A stretch of DNA of 64,000 bases from Candidatus Nealsonbacteria bacterium (lineage in GTDB: Bacteria; Patescibacteriota; Minisyncoccia; Minisyncoccales; RBG-13-42-11): contig JAPLXL010000005.1 of assembly GCA_026396115.1 (NCBI GenBank), positions 137,316-201,315 of the forward strand, read 5' to 3'. The number at the start of each line of letters is the position of its first letter. Position 1 is the first letter of the stretch. Position numbers and translations under genes: made by a program. Of the stretch, positions 26,354 to 34,805 are shown piece after piece. Below the pieces are notes generated by a model, which ran no database searches, had not been told where the DNA came from, and worked only from the letters and a program-made list of their open reading frames with translations.

Positions 26354-29300
26354 TTAATTTTCTTTTATATCTAATATCTCTTCGATTTCCTCGCAGATTA
26401 TCTTTGGTACTCCATCTCTAGAATCCAACCTGCCGGAAACTATAACAATTTTATTTTCTTGAAAAACGGCAGGATTTTTTTCAATTACGCCTGGAAAAAC
26501 AACCACTTCAATTTTACTGTTTAAATCTTCCACATTAACAAAGAGCATTGGTTGGCCATTTCTGGTAATTATTTTCTTAATCTTAGAGATAATCCCACCG
26601 ATTTTAATTTTAATATTTTGTCTAAAGTTGTTATTTACAATTTCTGATATGGAAACAACTTTTTTTGCCAAAATTTTTTCAAAACCATTTAAAGGATGAG
26701 AACTGATAAACAGTCCCAACAATTCTTTTTCCCAGGTTAATCTCTCTTTTTCTGAGGCCGGAGTAGAAGCAGCAAAATGAATTTTATTGTTAAAATCCGT
26801 TTTATCAAACAATCCTCCTTGACCGTTAGTTTTTGTTTTTTGATTTTCTCTGGAATATTCTAAAAGTTTTTCTGAATTGGACAACAATTGATTTCTTTCT
26901 GCCATTTTATCAAAAACACCGGCTTTAATTAAACTTTCCAGGGATTTTTTATTAAGGTCTCTGGAATTAATTCTGGAAATAAAATTTTCAATTGAGGCAT
27001 ACGGCCCCTTTACCTTTTTTTCTTTAACTATTACTTCCACGATATTAGACCCAACATTTTTAATTGCTGACAAGCCAAAGCGAATTTGATTCTTTTTGGG
27101 AACTACGCTGAAAAAAGTAAAACTTTCGTTTATATCGGGCGGCAGAACGACAATACCCATTTTTTTGCATTCTTCGATCAAAACGGCAATTCTTTCCACA
27201 TCATTTCTCTCTGAAGTCAAGAGAGATGACATAAATTCTACCGGATAATGGGCTTTCAAGTAGGCTGTTTGATAAGCAATGGTGGCATAGGCACAACTAT
27301 GGCTTCGGTTAAAACCGTATTGGGCAAAAGGTAATACCCATTCCCAAATCTTTTGGGCCGTTTCTTTTTTAATACCATTTTTAATCATTCCGTTAATTAA
27401 TTTTTCTTTTTGTTCCAATAGTAAAGATTTTATTTTTTTGCCAATAGCTTTCCTTAAAACATCGGCTTCCGAAAGAGTAAATCCAGCCAATTCCTGGGCA
27501 ATTTTCATTACCTGCTCCTGGTAAATACAGATTCCGTAAGTATTTTCTAAAATTGGCTTTAGTTTTGGATGAAGATATTCAACTCTTTGCTTTTTGTGCT
27601 TTCTGGCAATGTAATCTGGAATTAATTGGATGGGACCGGGTCGGTAAAGAGCAACCATGGCAATAATGTCTTCAAATTCGGTTGGCCTTAATTGTTTTAA
27701 ATATCGCTGAACCCCTGCTGACTCCAATTGAAATACTCCTACCGTTTCCCCTTTTTGTAAAAGCTTATAAATCTTTTTATCGCCAGAAGGGATATCTTCA
27801 ATATTAATATTAATTCCGTGAATGACGTAAATTCGAGCCAACGTGTTTTCAATAATGGTTAAATTCTTTAATCCCAAAAAATCCATTTTTAAAAGGCCCA
27901 AGTCCTCAATTGAATGCATTTCATACTGGGTGACAATAGATTGGTCGTCTTGGGTTGGATGTTGGAGAGGAACAATCTCGTCCAAAGGAGTATTTGATAT
28001 GACAACACCGCAAGCATGAGTAGAGGCATGTCGGGCAACCCCTTCTAATTTTTTTGCCGCATCAATTAATTTTCTAGCTTGTTGATCGGACTCGTATAAA
28101 GAGCGAAATTCTGCCACTCTTTTCATGGTCTCATCCAGGGTCATGCCAAAAGGAATCATTTTAGCAAGCTGGTCGCAGTAAGAATATTTATAGTTCATGA
28201 CTCTCCCTACATCTCTGATTACGGCTCTGGCAGTCATGGTGCCGAAAGTAATAATTTGAGCTACCTTGTCTTTGCCGTATTTTTGGACAACATAATTTAT
28301 TACTTCATTTCTTCTTCTGTCGGCGAAATCCAAATCAATATCGGGGAGTCCGGCAACCCGACCGGGATTCAAAAATCTTTCAAATAAAAGATTATATTTT
28401 ATCGGGTCAATATTGGTTATATTCAAAACATAAGCTACCAAAGAACCTCCCACAGAACCGCGGCCGGGACCAGTGACAATTCGGTTTTCTTTTGCCCAGT
28501 TGACAAAATCCTGGACAATTAAAAAATAAGAGGCAAATCCGGTCTGTTTAATTACGGAGAGTTCGTAATTCAATCTTTCAACAACTTCTTTGTTTGGTTT
28601 TTCTCCAAATTTTTCTTTTAAACCCTTTTGACAAAGTTTTTCTAAATATTCTTCCGGTTCCTCTCCGCTTGGCACTGCAAATTGGGGAAGCTTAATCTTG
28701 CCTAATTCAAACTGGAAATTGCAAAGATCGGCGATTTTTTGGGTATTCTCAATTGCTTCTGGTAAGTCTTTAAAATCTTCAATCATTTTTTCCTTACTCT
28801 TCATTGAAAAGTCGTCGATTTTTAAAGTTAATCTTTCCGGATCATTGGGGGCAGATCCCGTATTAATCAGCATTAAAATATCTTGAGCTTCAGCGTCCTC
28901 AGATTTTAAATAATGAACATCATTGGTAGCGACCAAAGGAATTCCCAATTTTTTTGAAAACGAGACTAAAACATCGTTTACTTTTTTTTGTTCTTTGATA
29001 TTAGGATGGTGTTGTAGTTCTAAATAAAAATTATCTTTGCCAAAAATTTCTTGATATTTTAAAGCTAATTCTTCCGCCTCTTTGATTTTTTTTGCTAAAA
29101 TAAATTGGGGAATTTTTCCCTGAACACAAGCAGTCAGGGCGATTAGTCCTCGACTGTGTTGTTTTAGCAGTTCTTCGTCAATCCTCGGTCTATAATAAAA
29201 ACCCTCCAGATGGGCCCTTGTTATAAGTTTGACTAAATTTCTGTATCCCTCTTCGTTTTTAACGAGCAAAATCAGATGGTATCTTTTGTCGTCAATATTA

Positions 29301-29536
29301 GGTCTTTTATCAGACATTTTTTCAAGAGCCACATATACCTCGCAGCCGATAATCGGTTTTATTCCTTTTTCTACTGCTCTTTTATAAAACTTCACAGCCC
29401 CATAAATATTTCCGTGGTCGGTAATGGCTAAAGAATCCATGCCTAATTCCTTTACGTAATCTAAAAGTTCATCTATTTTTGGCAGACCGTCCAATAAGGA
29501 GTAGTGGGAGTGGACGTGAAGATGGGTAAATTTCAT
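26354..29536 (-). CDS. dnaE: DNA polymerase III alpha subunit
   Basis: PHP domain HLHVHSHYSLLDG, polymerase core and OB fold. Confidence 0.9.
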   Translation of the reverse strand: MKFTHLHVHSHYSLLDGLPKIDELLDYVKELGMDSLAITDHGNIYGAVKFYKRAVEKGIKPIIGCEVYVALEKMSDKRPNIDDKRYHLILLVKNEEGYRNLVKLITRAHLEGFYYRPRIDEELLKQHSRGLIALTACVQGKIPQFILAKKIKEAEELALKYQEIFGKDNFYLELQHHPNIKEQKKVNDVLVSFSKKLGIPLVATNDVHYLKSEDAEAQDILMLINTGSAPNDPERLTLKIDDFSMKSKEKMIEDFKDLPEAIENTQKIADLCNFQFELGKIKLPQFAVPSGEEPEEYLEKLCQKGLKEKFGEKPNKEVVERLNYELSVIKQTGFASYFLIVQDFVNWAKENRIVTGPGRGSVGGSLVAYVLNITNIDPIKYNLLFERFLNPGRVAGLPDIDLDFADRRRNEVINYVVQKYGKDKVAQIITFGTMTARAVIRDVGRVMNYKYSYCDQLAKMIPFGMTLDETMKRVAEFRSLYESDQQARKLIDAAKKLEGVARHASTHACGVVISNTPLDEIVPLQHPTQDDQSIVTQYEMHSIEDLGLLKMDFLGLKNLTIIENTLARIYVIHGININIEDIPSGDKKIYKLLQKGETVGVFQLESAGVQRYLKQLRPTEFEDIIAMVALYRPGPIQLIPDYIARKHKKQRVEYLHPKLKPILENTYGICIYQEQVMKIAQELAGFTLSEADVLRKAIGKKIKSLLLEQKEKLINGMIKNGIKKETAQKIWEWVLPFAQYGFNRSHSCAYATIAYQTAYLKAHYPVEFMSSLLTSERNDVERIAVLIEECKKMGIVVLPPDINESFTFFSVVPKKNQIRFGLSAIKNVGSNIVEVIVKEKKVKGPYASIENFISRINSRDLNKKSLESLIKAGVFDKMAERNQLLSNSEKLLEYSRENQKTKTNGQGGLFDKTDFNNKIHFAASTPASEKERLTWEKELLGLFISSHPLNGFEKILAKKVVSISEIVNNNFRQNIKIKIGGIISKIKKIITRNGQPMLFVNVEDLNSKIEVVVFPGVIEKNPAVFQENKIVIVSGRLDSRDGVPKIICEEIEEILDIKEN

Positions 29537-29558
29537 GGTATTGTATAAGTATATTACG

Positions 29559-30209
29559 ATGCAAAAAATTTTACAAGAAGAGAGAAAATTGTGGAAAAAA
29601 GGATTTAAAAGAGTAGTTTGTTTGGATGAAAGTGGGAGGGGACCTTTGGCGGGACCGGTTCTTGCCGCCGCCGTGAAATCGGATTTCTCGTTATTAAAAA
29701 ATTTTAGTAAATTCGATTTCGTTCATATCAAAGATTCAAAAAAATTAACGCCAAAAAAGCGAAAAGAATTTTACAAGATTTTAACGAAACATCCGAACAT
29801 AGAGTGGGGGATAGGCAGGGTTTCAGAAAAAGTAATTGATAAAATTAATATAAAAAATGCTGCTGAATTGGCGATGGAGAAAGCTTTAAGAAATCTGGAA
29901 AAGAAAATCAAAAAGAGAGCGGATTTTTTAATAATTGATGGTAATCAATTAAAAAACTATAAACTAAAAACTAAGAAATATAAACTGATAGTAAAAGCTG
30001 ATGAAAAAGTTTTTTCCTGCATGGCATCCGGAATCATTGCCAAAGTTACCCGTGACAGGATAATGCAGAACTACCATAAAAAATATCCTTGTTATGGTTT
30101 TAACCAACACAAAGGTTATCCAACTAAATATCATATTAAAATGCTTAAAAAACATGGCCCTTCAAAAATTCACAGAAAAACTTTTGGTCCATTGAAAAGA
30201 TTTTTTTAA
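29559..30209 (+). CDS. rnhB: ribonuclease HII
   Basis: VVCLDESGRGPLAGPVLAAAV catalytic motif. The start was taken at the internal Met to avoid overlapping the dnaE start; 29535 is also possible. Confidence 0.75.
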   Translation: MQKILQEERKLWKKGFKRVVCLDESGRGPLAGPVLAAAVKSDFSLLKNFSKFDFVHIKDSKKLTPKKRKEFYKILTKHPNIEWGIGRVSEKVIDKINIKNAAELAMEKALRNLEKKIKKRADFLIIDGNQLKNYKLKTKKYKLIVKADEKVFSCMASGIIAKVTRDRIMQNYHKKYPCYGFNQHKGYPTKYHIKMLKKHGPSKIHRKTFGPLKRFF

Positions 30210-30238
30210 TATGCTATTATTTTTCTATTACCACATTT

Positions 30239-30529
30239 ATGGGTGTTCCAAAACAAAAACATACTAAGTCAAGAAGAAATAAGCGCCGGATGCATATTTT
30301 CGCTAAAGCGCCGGCTTTGAATAAATGTCCAAAATGCGGAAGACCGGTTTTGTCCCACACGGTCTGTTCTAATTGCGGATATTATAAAGGAATGGAAGTG
30401 ATTGATGTTTTAAAAAAATTGACTAAAAAAGAGAAAAAACAAAGAGAGAAAGAAATTGCAGCAAAAGAAAAAGAAGAAAAGGGGGCAGAGAAAAAACCGT
30501 TAAGCTGGCAAGGACTGTCTAAAAAATAA
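30239..30529 (+). CDS. rpmF: 50S ribosomal protein L32 with a Lys/Glu-rich C-terminal extension
   Basis: MGVPKQKHTKSRRNKRR... and CPKCG...CSNCG zinc ribbon. Confidence 0.8.
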   Translation: MGVPKQKHTKSRRNKRRMHIFAKAPALNKCPKCGRPVLSHTVCSNCGYYKGMEVIDVLKKLTKKEKKQREKEIAAKEKEEKGAEKKPLSWQGLSKK

Positions 30530-30538
30530 TTCAAAACT

Positions 30539-30970
30539 ATGGCTAGTCGTCATCTATTAAGGTCCATTGCCATGCAGTCTCTTTATGAGTGGGATTTTTC
30601 AGGCAAAAAAGGGGACTTAGAAAAAATTATTAAAAAAAACACTGAAGAATTCGGGCCGGAATTAGAAGATACGAGTTTGGTCTGGCAGATAATTACCGGC
30701 GTCGTAAAACACCTGTTTAGCATTGATAAGATTATTGAAAAAGCAGCTCCCGAATGGCCGATTGACCAGATTACTATTGTTGATAGAAACATTTTAAGAA
30801 TCGGCCTTTATGAATTATTGTATGCAGATAAAGCCGAGGTCCCTCCGAAAGTGGCCATAAACGAAGCCATTGAATTGGCCAAATCATTTGGAGGAGAAAG
30901 TTCGGGAAAGTTTGTTAATGGTGTCTTGGGAACAGTCTATAAAGAATTAGAAAAAAATAAAACAAAATGA
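30539..30970 (+). CDS. nusB: transcription antitermination factor NusB
   Basis: [17 protein letters not shown] start typical of NusB. Confidence 0.8.
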   Translation: MASRHLLRSIAMQSLYEWDFSGKKGDLEKIIKKNTEEFGPELEDTSLVWQIITGVVKHLFSIDKIIEKAAPEWPIDQITIVDRNILRIGLYELLYADKAEVPPKVAINEAIELAKSFGGESSGKFVNGVLGTVYKELEKNKTK

Positions 30971-31656
30971 TTGATTTTTCAGAACTTGAAAAGAAGTTAG
31001 GATTAAAATTTAAAAAAAAGGATTTGTTGGTCCAGGCATTTTGCCACCGTTCTTATTTGAACGAAAATCCAAATTCTAATTTAGAACAAAATGAAAGATT
31101 GGAATTCCTGGGCGATGCGGTTTTGGAGCTGATTGTTACGGAATATCTTTTTGAAAAATATCCAAAGAAACCGGAAGGGGAATTGACCAACTGGCGAGCC
31201 GCCTTGGTTAATGCTAAAATGCTTTTAGAAACTGCCAATGAATTAGGACTTAACGATTATTTGCTTCTTTCAAAAGGAGAAAAAAAAGAAACCGGCAAGG
31301 CAAGGCAATATATTTTAGCCGATACTTTTGAGGCTTTAATAGGTGCTGCTTATCTTGATTTGGGATACAAAAAATGTCGAGATTTCATTAAAAAGAATTT
31401 AATTATAAAATTACCGGAAATTATTGAAAAAGGTCTTTTTAAAGATACCAAATCCCGCTTTCAGGAAGAAGCCCAGGAAAGAAGTGGCGTTACTCCTACC
31501 TACAAAGTTATGAAAGAATGGGGCCCGGATCACTTCAAGCACTTTATTGTCGGAGTTTTTCTTAACAAAGAATTAGTGGCTGAGGGCGAAGGGTCTTCAA
31601 AACAGGAAGCTGAAGTTGAAGCATCTAAAAACGCTTTGGAAATTAAGGGGTGGTAA
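30967..31656 (+). CDS. rnc: ribonuclease III
   Basis: RNase III signature [13 protein letters not shown] plus a C-terminal dsRBD. Confidence 0.85.
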   Translation: MIDFSELEKKLGLKFKKKDLLVQAFCHRSYLNENPNSNLEQNERLEFLGDAVLELIVTEYLFEKYPKKPEGELTNWRAALVNAKMLLETANELGLNDYLLLSKGEKKETGKARQYILADTFEALIGAAYLDLGYKKCRDFIKKNLIIKLPEIIEKGLFKDTKSRFQEEAQERSGVTPTYKVMKEWGPDHFKHFIVGVFLNKELVAEGEGSSKQEAEVEASKNALEIKGW

Positions 31657-31662
31657 AATTAT

Positions 31663-32076
31663 ATGTTAGTAATCAGATTTTTAAGAACCGGCAAAAAAAA
31701 TCAACCATCATTTAAGCTCGTGGTTGTTGAAAAAACCAGATCGTCAACTTCCGGCCGCTTTGTGGAACAGGTTGGCTTTTATAATCCTTTGACAAAAGAA
31801 AAAGTTTTCAAGGGAGATAGAATTAAATATTGGCTTTCGGTCGGGGCTCAACCTTCAAATACGGTTTATAATTTATTGGTTTCAGAGAAAATTGTCTTGG
31901 GCAAAAAAATTCCAAAACACAAAAAATCAAAAAAGGAAGTCCCCGGAGGAGAACAAGTTCCCCACGAGGCAAACAATTCTCCTACGGGGCAGGCAAAAAA
32001 GGAAAAAGAGAAAACTACCCCGAAAATCCCAATCCAAGAAAAGCCGAAAGAAGAAAAGGTCAAAAATCCAGAATAA
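31663..32076 (+). CDS. rpsP: 30S ribosomal protein S16 with a Lys/Glu-rich C-terminal extension
   Basis: MLVIRFLRTGKKNQPSFKLVVVEKTRSSTSGRFVEQVGFYNP. Confidence 0.85.
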   Translation: MLVIRFLRTGKKNQPSFKLVVVEKTRSSTSGRFVEQVGFYNPLTKEKVFKGDRIKYWLSVGAQPSNTVYNLLVSEKIVLGKKIPKHKKSKKEVPGGEQVPHEANNSPTGQAKKEKEKTTPKIPIQEKPKEEKVKNPE

Positions 32077-32078
32077 AA

Positions 32079-32107
32079 TAATGGCAGCAGACTGCCATTA
32101 TTTTATT
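32079..32107 (+). terminator. intrinsic terminator after rpsP
   Basis: taatggcag-caga-ctgccatta hairpin followed by a T-rich run. Confidence 0.55.
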
Positions 32108-32156
32108 ATCTTTAGTTGAGTTTATCGAACTGTTGACTACTATTTCGATTCATTTC

Positions 32157-32215
32157 TTGTTATAATATTATAACAAACCAAAGGTTTGGCATATCAAAAT
32201 TTATTTTGCTATAAT
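32157..32215 (+). promoter_or_regulatory. 20-bp perfect palindrome TTGTTATAATATTATAACAA plus an extended -10 (TGcTATAAT) just upstream of the surface-protein gene cluster
   Basis: Palindrome at 32157-32176 (perfect match for all 20 bp); TGnTATAAT at 32207-32215; ATG at 32223. Confidence 0.4.
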
Positions 32216-32222
32216 ACATATA

Positions 32223-34805
32223 ATGCAAAAGAAACTCACAAAATTTATTGTTATCTTTTGTTTATTTTTGCTTTTTCTGTTTCTCTCTTTAACTACCCAA
32301 GTCGCAGTGCAGGGTGAAGAAGAGAATTTATTCTCTTCGCCCGCTTTGGCTCAAGAAAGTAAATTAGAGGTTGAATATCCGGAAATCAAAGGAATAAAAC
32401 CGGAAACGGTGACAACCGAACTGCCGGAATATGTAAGATATGTCTTTAATTTTAGCATAATAATTGCGGGTTTAGTTCTTTTTGGAGCTTTAATTTACGG
32501 AGGAGTAAAATATTTAACCTCAACCGGCAACCTGCCTGCTCTGATAGACGCCAGAGAGCAAATTTTGGCAGCTTTTTTGGGAATAATAATTTTACTTTCT
32601 TCTTATATAATTTTAACCACTATTAATCCCCAGTTAATAGTTTTTAATCTTCCCGAACTTGAAAAAGCAGAAATATTATGTAGAAATGATGATGACTGCC
32701 TCGGAGATCTTATATGTATAGAAGAAAAATGTGTTGAAGCACCCTGCGAGAAAGACGAAGATTGTCCGGGTTTTCCGGACTATGTTTGCAAATTACCAGA
32801 GGGAGTCTGCGTTTATGAAGGAAAGACTTTGATTGTTTATGAAATTCCTTTAGGCCGAATAATTGACGAAGGAGTCTGGGAGGAAGATAGGACTAAAGAA
32901 ACGGAAGATTTAATTAAAGATTTTGAAAAATTTCTTAAAGAGGAAATAAAAGTAAATCCAACTTTTAATCAGATTGCTGATTTGAATAAATATTTAAAGA
33001 CCTTGACAGAGGAATGCCAATGCGGTAATTTGGATGCTTTTTGTACCAAACCCTGGGAATGGAGTATGTCGATTGGTTGCAGCGGAGATCCTTGTAAAGA
33101 AAAACTAGAGGGGACAATCGGAGGCATTGTAGTCGGTGAAAAAACCACCAGAGAAAAAATGGAAGATGTTTTGAAAATCAATGAAGAAAAGATGAAAAAA
33201 CTTTTGGAGTTTTTAGAGAAAATCAAAGAAAAGAAAACGGTCTTCGAAAATCAACTGAATAAATTCTCCAAAGGGTTGGAAGATGCAATGGATTGTCTAA
33301 AACAAAGTAGGGAGTTATACACTTTCAAGGAGCATTTAGCTAGGGTTCAATATTATGAAGATCTTGGCTGGAACGTAAAGATCGTACAGGGTATTTTAGA
33401 AGCAAAAGCGGACCCCTTTACTTTTTACTGTTCGGTTGGAGGACCAATAATGGATTATCCCTATTTGTCGGAAATAGAATTTTCTCCGGAAGAATTCGAA
33501 TCTGTCGAAATTCCGGAGAAACTAGAAAAGCCGGAACCAATAAGCTGTCCGATTGGGATTCCAATAAGTGTAATTTTAGAACAAAGTGGCGGATTAGGAG
33601 TGGCACTGATTAACAAAATGGATGGATTAATTTATTGGATAGACGAGATGAATAAAGAAATCAGAAATATGGCTGATTTCGTTTCTCAATGCAACGAGCA
33701 AAATTGCAAAATTAATTGCGCCTGTATCCCGAATCCTTGCTTTGGTAGTCTATTACCCTGGTGTTTGTTTTTTTCTCCTGCATCTCGCTGTCTTCAGGCA
33801 ATTGGTCAATGCAGCGGTGATCCCTGTCCTTACCCGGAAATTGGAGAAACCTCAGAAAAAATTAAAAAAAATGAAGATGAGATTTTTTTACTTTTAGAAG
33901 AAATAAAAGAAATCTTCCCCAAAGTCAATGAAATTGTGAAAGTAGGCACGGAAGATGCTCTAGACCTGAAAGACATAACCTGGGCAGTTGAATTCTGTTC
34001 CGGTCCTGTGACTGAAACAGAACCACCGACCTGGTTTATGTCAGATTGTTCAATGGCTCTGGGAAGTTATGGGCCGGGCGGTCAAGTAATCGGCGATTGT
34101 CATCCCTGGGATTTCTTTTGTTGTACTCAGTCAAAAGAAGCTTTGAGGGAGGTACCTTCTTTGCCTCCGACGCTTCGAAAACTGGGACCTCGTGTTGGCC
34201 CGGAAGGTCCGGAAGAACCCACGCCTTCAGAATTAGCTAAAAGTTCAATTCCGGCAATGTCTTCGCCGCCTCTCAAGACAGGCGAAGTTAGCTGTCTAAA
34301 ACAGAGCGATCCTCGTTGGGGAAACAAATTATTTGGTCCTTGCCCGCCAGGCGGTACTTATACTGACGCAGGTTGCGGACCTTCTTCTTTAGCAATGGCA
34401 ATTAGTTATTTTCAAAACAAAGAAATTCTTGTTGATACAATCGGGGAAAAAATTGTTGAAAAAGGTTTAAGAAATTGCGACAGCGGCTCAAGCCCTAGCA
34501 TAATGACAGTTATTCCGTCACTATATGGATTATCTTCATATGAAATTAAACCGTTTGCCTTTGAAAACTGGAAAGAAGAAGTAAAGAAATGCTTTGATGA
34601 AGGAGGGTTAATTACTGCTCTAATGGCTGGCCCCAGTAAGTTTACTGCAGGCAGCGGACATTTTATAGCGCTAACTGACATAACCGATGATTATGCTTAT
34701 ATTACGGTAAATGATTCATCCAAAAGAATCTGCCCCAGACAGGAGTTATTAAAAGATGTTTTTAAGTTCAAAAAACAACCGGGTATTTGGTGTATAAAAA
34801 AATGA
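32223..34805 (+). CDS. large secreted/membrane-anchored Cys-rich protein: signal peptide, VirB2/TrbC-like two-helix pilin-like domain, Cys-rich modules, C-terminal C39-like cysteine peptidase domain
   Basis: N-terminal signal peptide; TTELPEYVRYVFNFSIIIAGLVLFGALIYGGVKYLTSTGNLPALIDAREQILAAFLGIIILLSSYIILTTINPQL has two TM helices; the C-terminus carries ...DAGCGPSSLAMAISYF... and ...GSGHFIALTDITDD... (C39-type Cys/His motifs). A mini-element copy is inserted near the N-terminus. Confidence 0.5.
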   Translation: MQKKLTKFIVIFCLFLLFLFLSLTTQVAVQGEEENLFSSPALAQESKLEVEYPEIKGIKPETVTTELPEYVRYVFNFSIIIAGLVLFGALIYGGVKYLTSTGNLPALIDAREQILAAFLGIIILLSSYIILTTINPQLIVFNLPELEKAEILCRNDDDCLGDLICIEEKCVEAPCEKDEDCPGFPDYVCKLPEGVCVYEGKTLIVYEIPLGRIIDEGVWEEDRTKETEDLIKDFEKFLKEEIKVNPTFNQIADLNKYLKTLTEECQCGNLDAFCTKPWEWSMSIGCSGDPCKEKLEGTIGGIVVGEKTTREKMEDVLKINEEKMKKLLEFLEKIKEKKTVFENQLNKFSKGLEDAMDCLKQSRELYTFKEHLARVQYYEDLGWNVKIVQGILEAKADPFTFYCSVGGPIMDYPYLSEIEFSPEEFESVEIPEKLEKPEPISCPIGIPISVILEQSGGLGVALINKMDGLIYWIDEMNKEIRNMADFVSQCNEQNCKINCACIPNPCFGSLLPWCLFFSPASRCLQAIGQCSGDPCPYPEIGETSEKIKKNEDEIFLLLEEIKEIFPKVNEIVKVGTEDALDLKDITWAVEFCSGPVTETEPPTWFMSDCSMALGSYGPGGQVIGDCHPWDFFCCTQSKEALREVPSLPPTLRKLGPRVGPEGPEEPTPSELAKSSIPAMSSPPLKTGEVSCLKQSDPRWGNKLFGPCPPGGTYTDAGCGPSSLAMAISYFQNKEILVDTIGEKIVEKGLRNCDSGSSPSIMTVIPSLYGLSSYEIKPFAFENWKEEVKKCFDEGGLITALMAGPSKFTAGSGHFIALTDITDDYAYITVNDSSKRICPRQELLKDVFKFKKQPGIWCIKK
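32302..32350. repeat. mini-element copy at the N-terminus of the 860-aa surface protein
   Basis: gggtgaagaagagaatttattctcttcgcccgctttggc. Confidence 0.6.

Noticed and set aside
31892-32119. Plus-strand 75-aa Lys/Arg-rich ORF
   Set aside because: Alternate frame of the Lys/Glu-rich C-terminal tail of rpsP; runs through the rpsP terminator.
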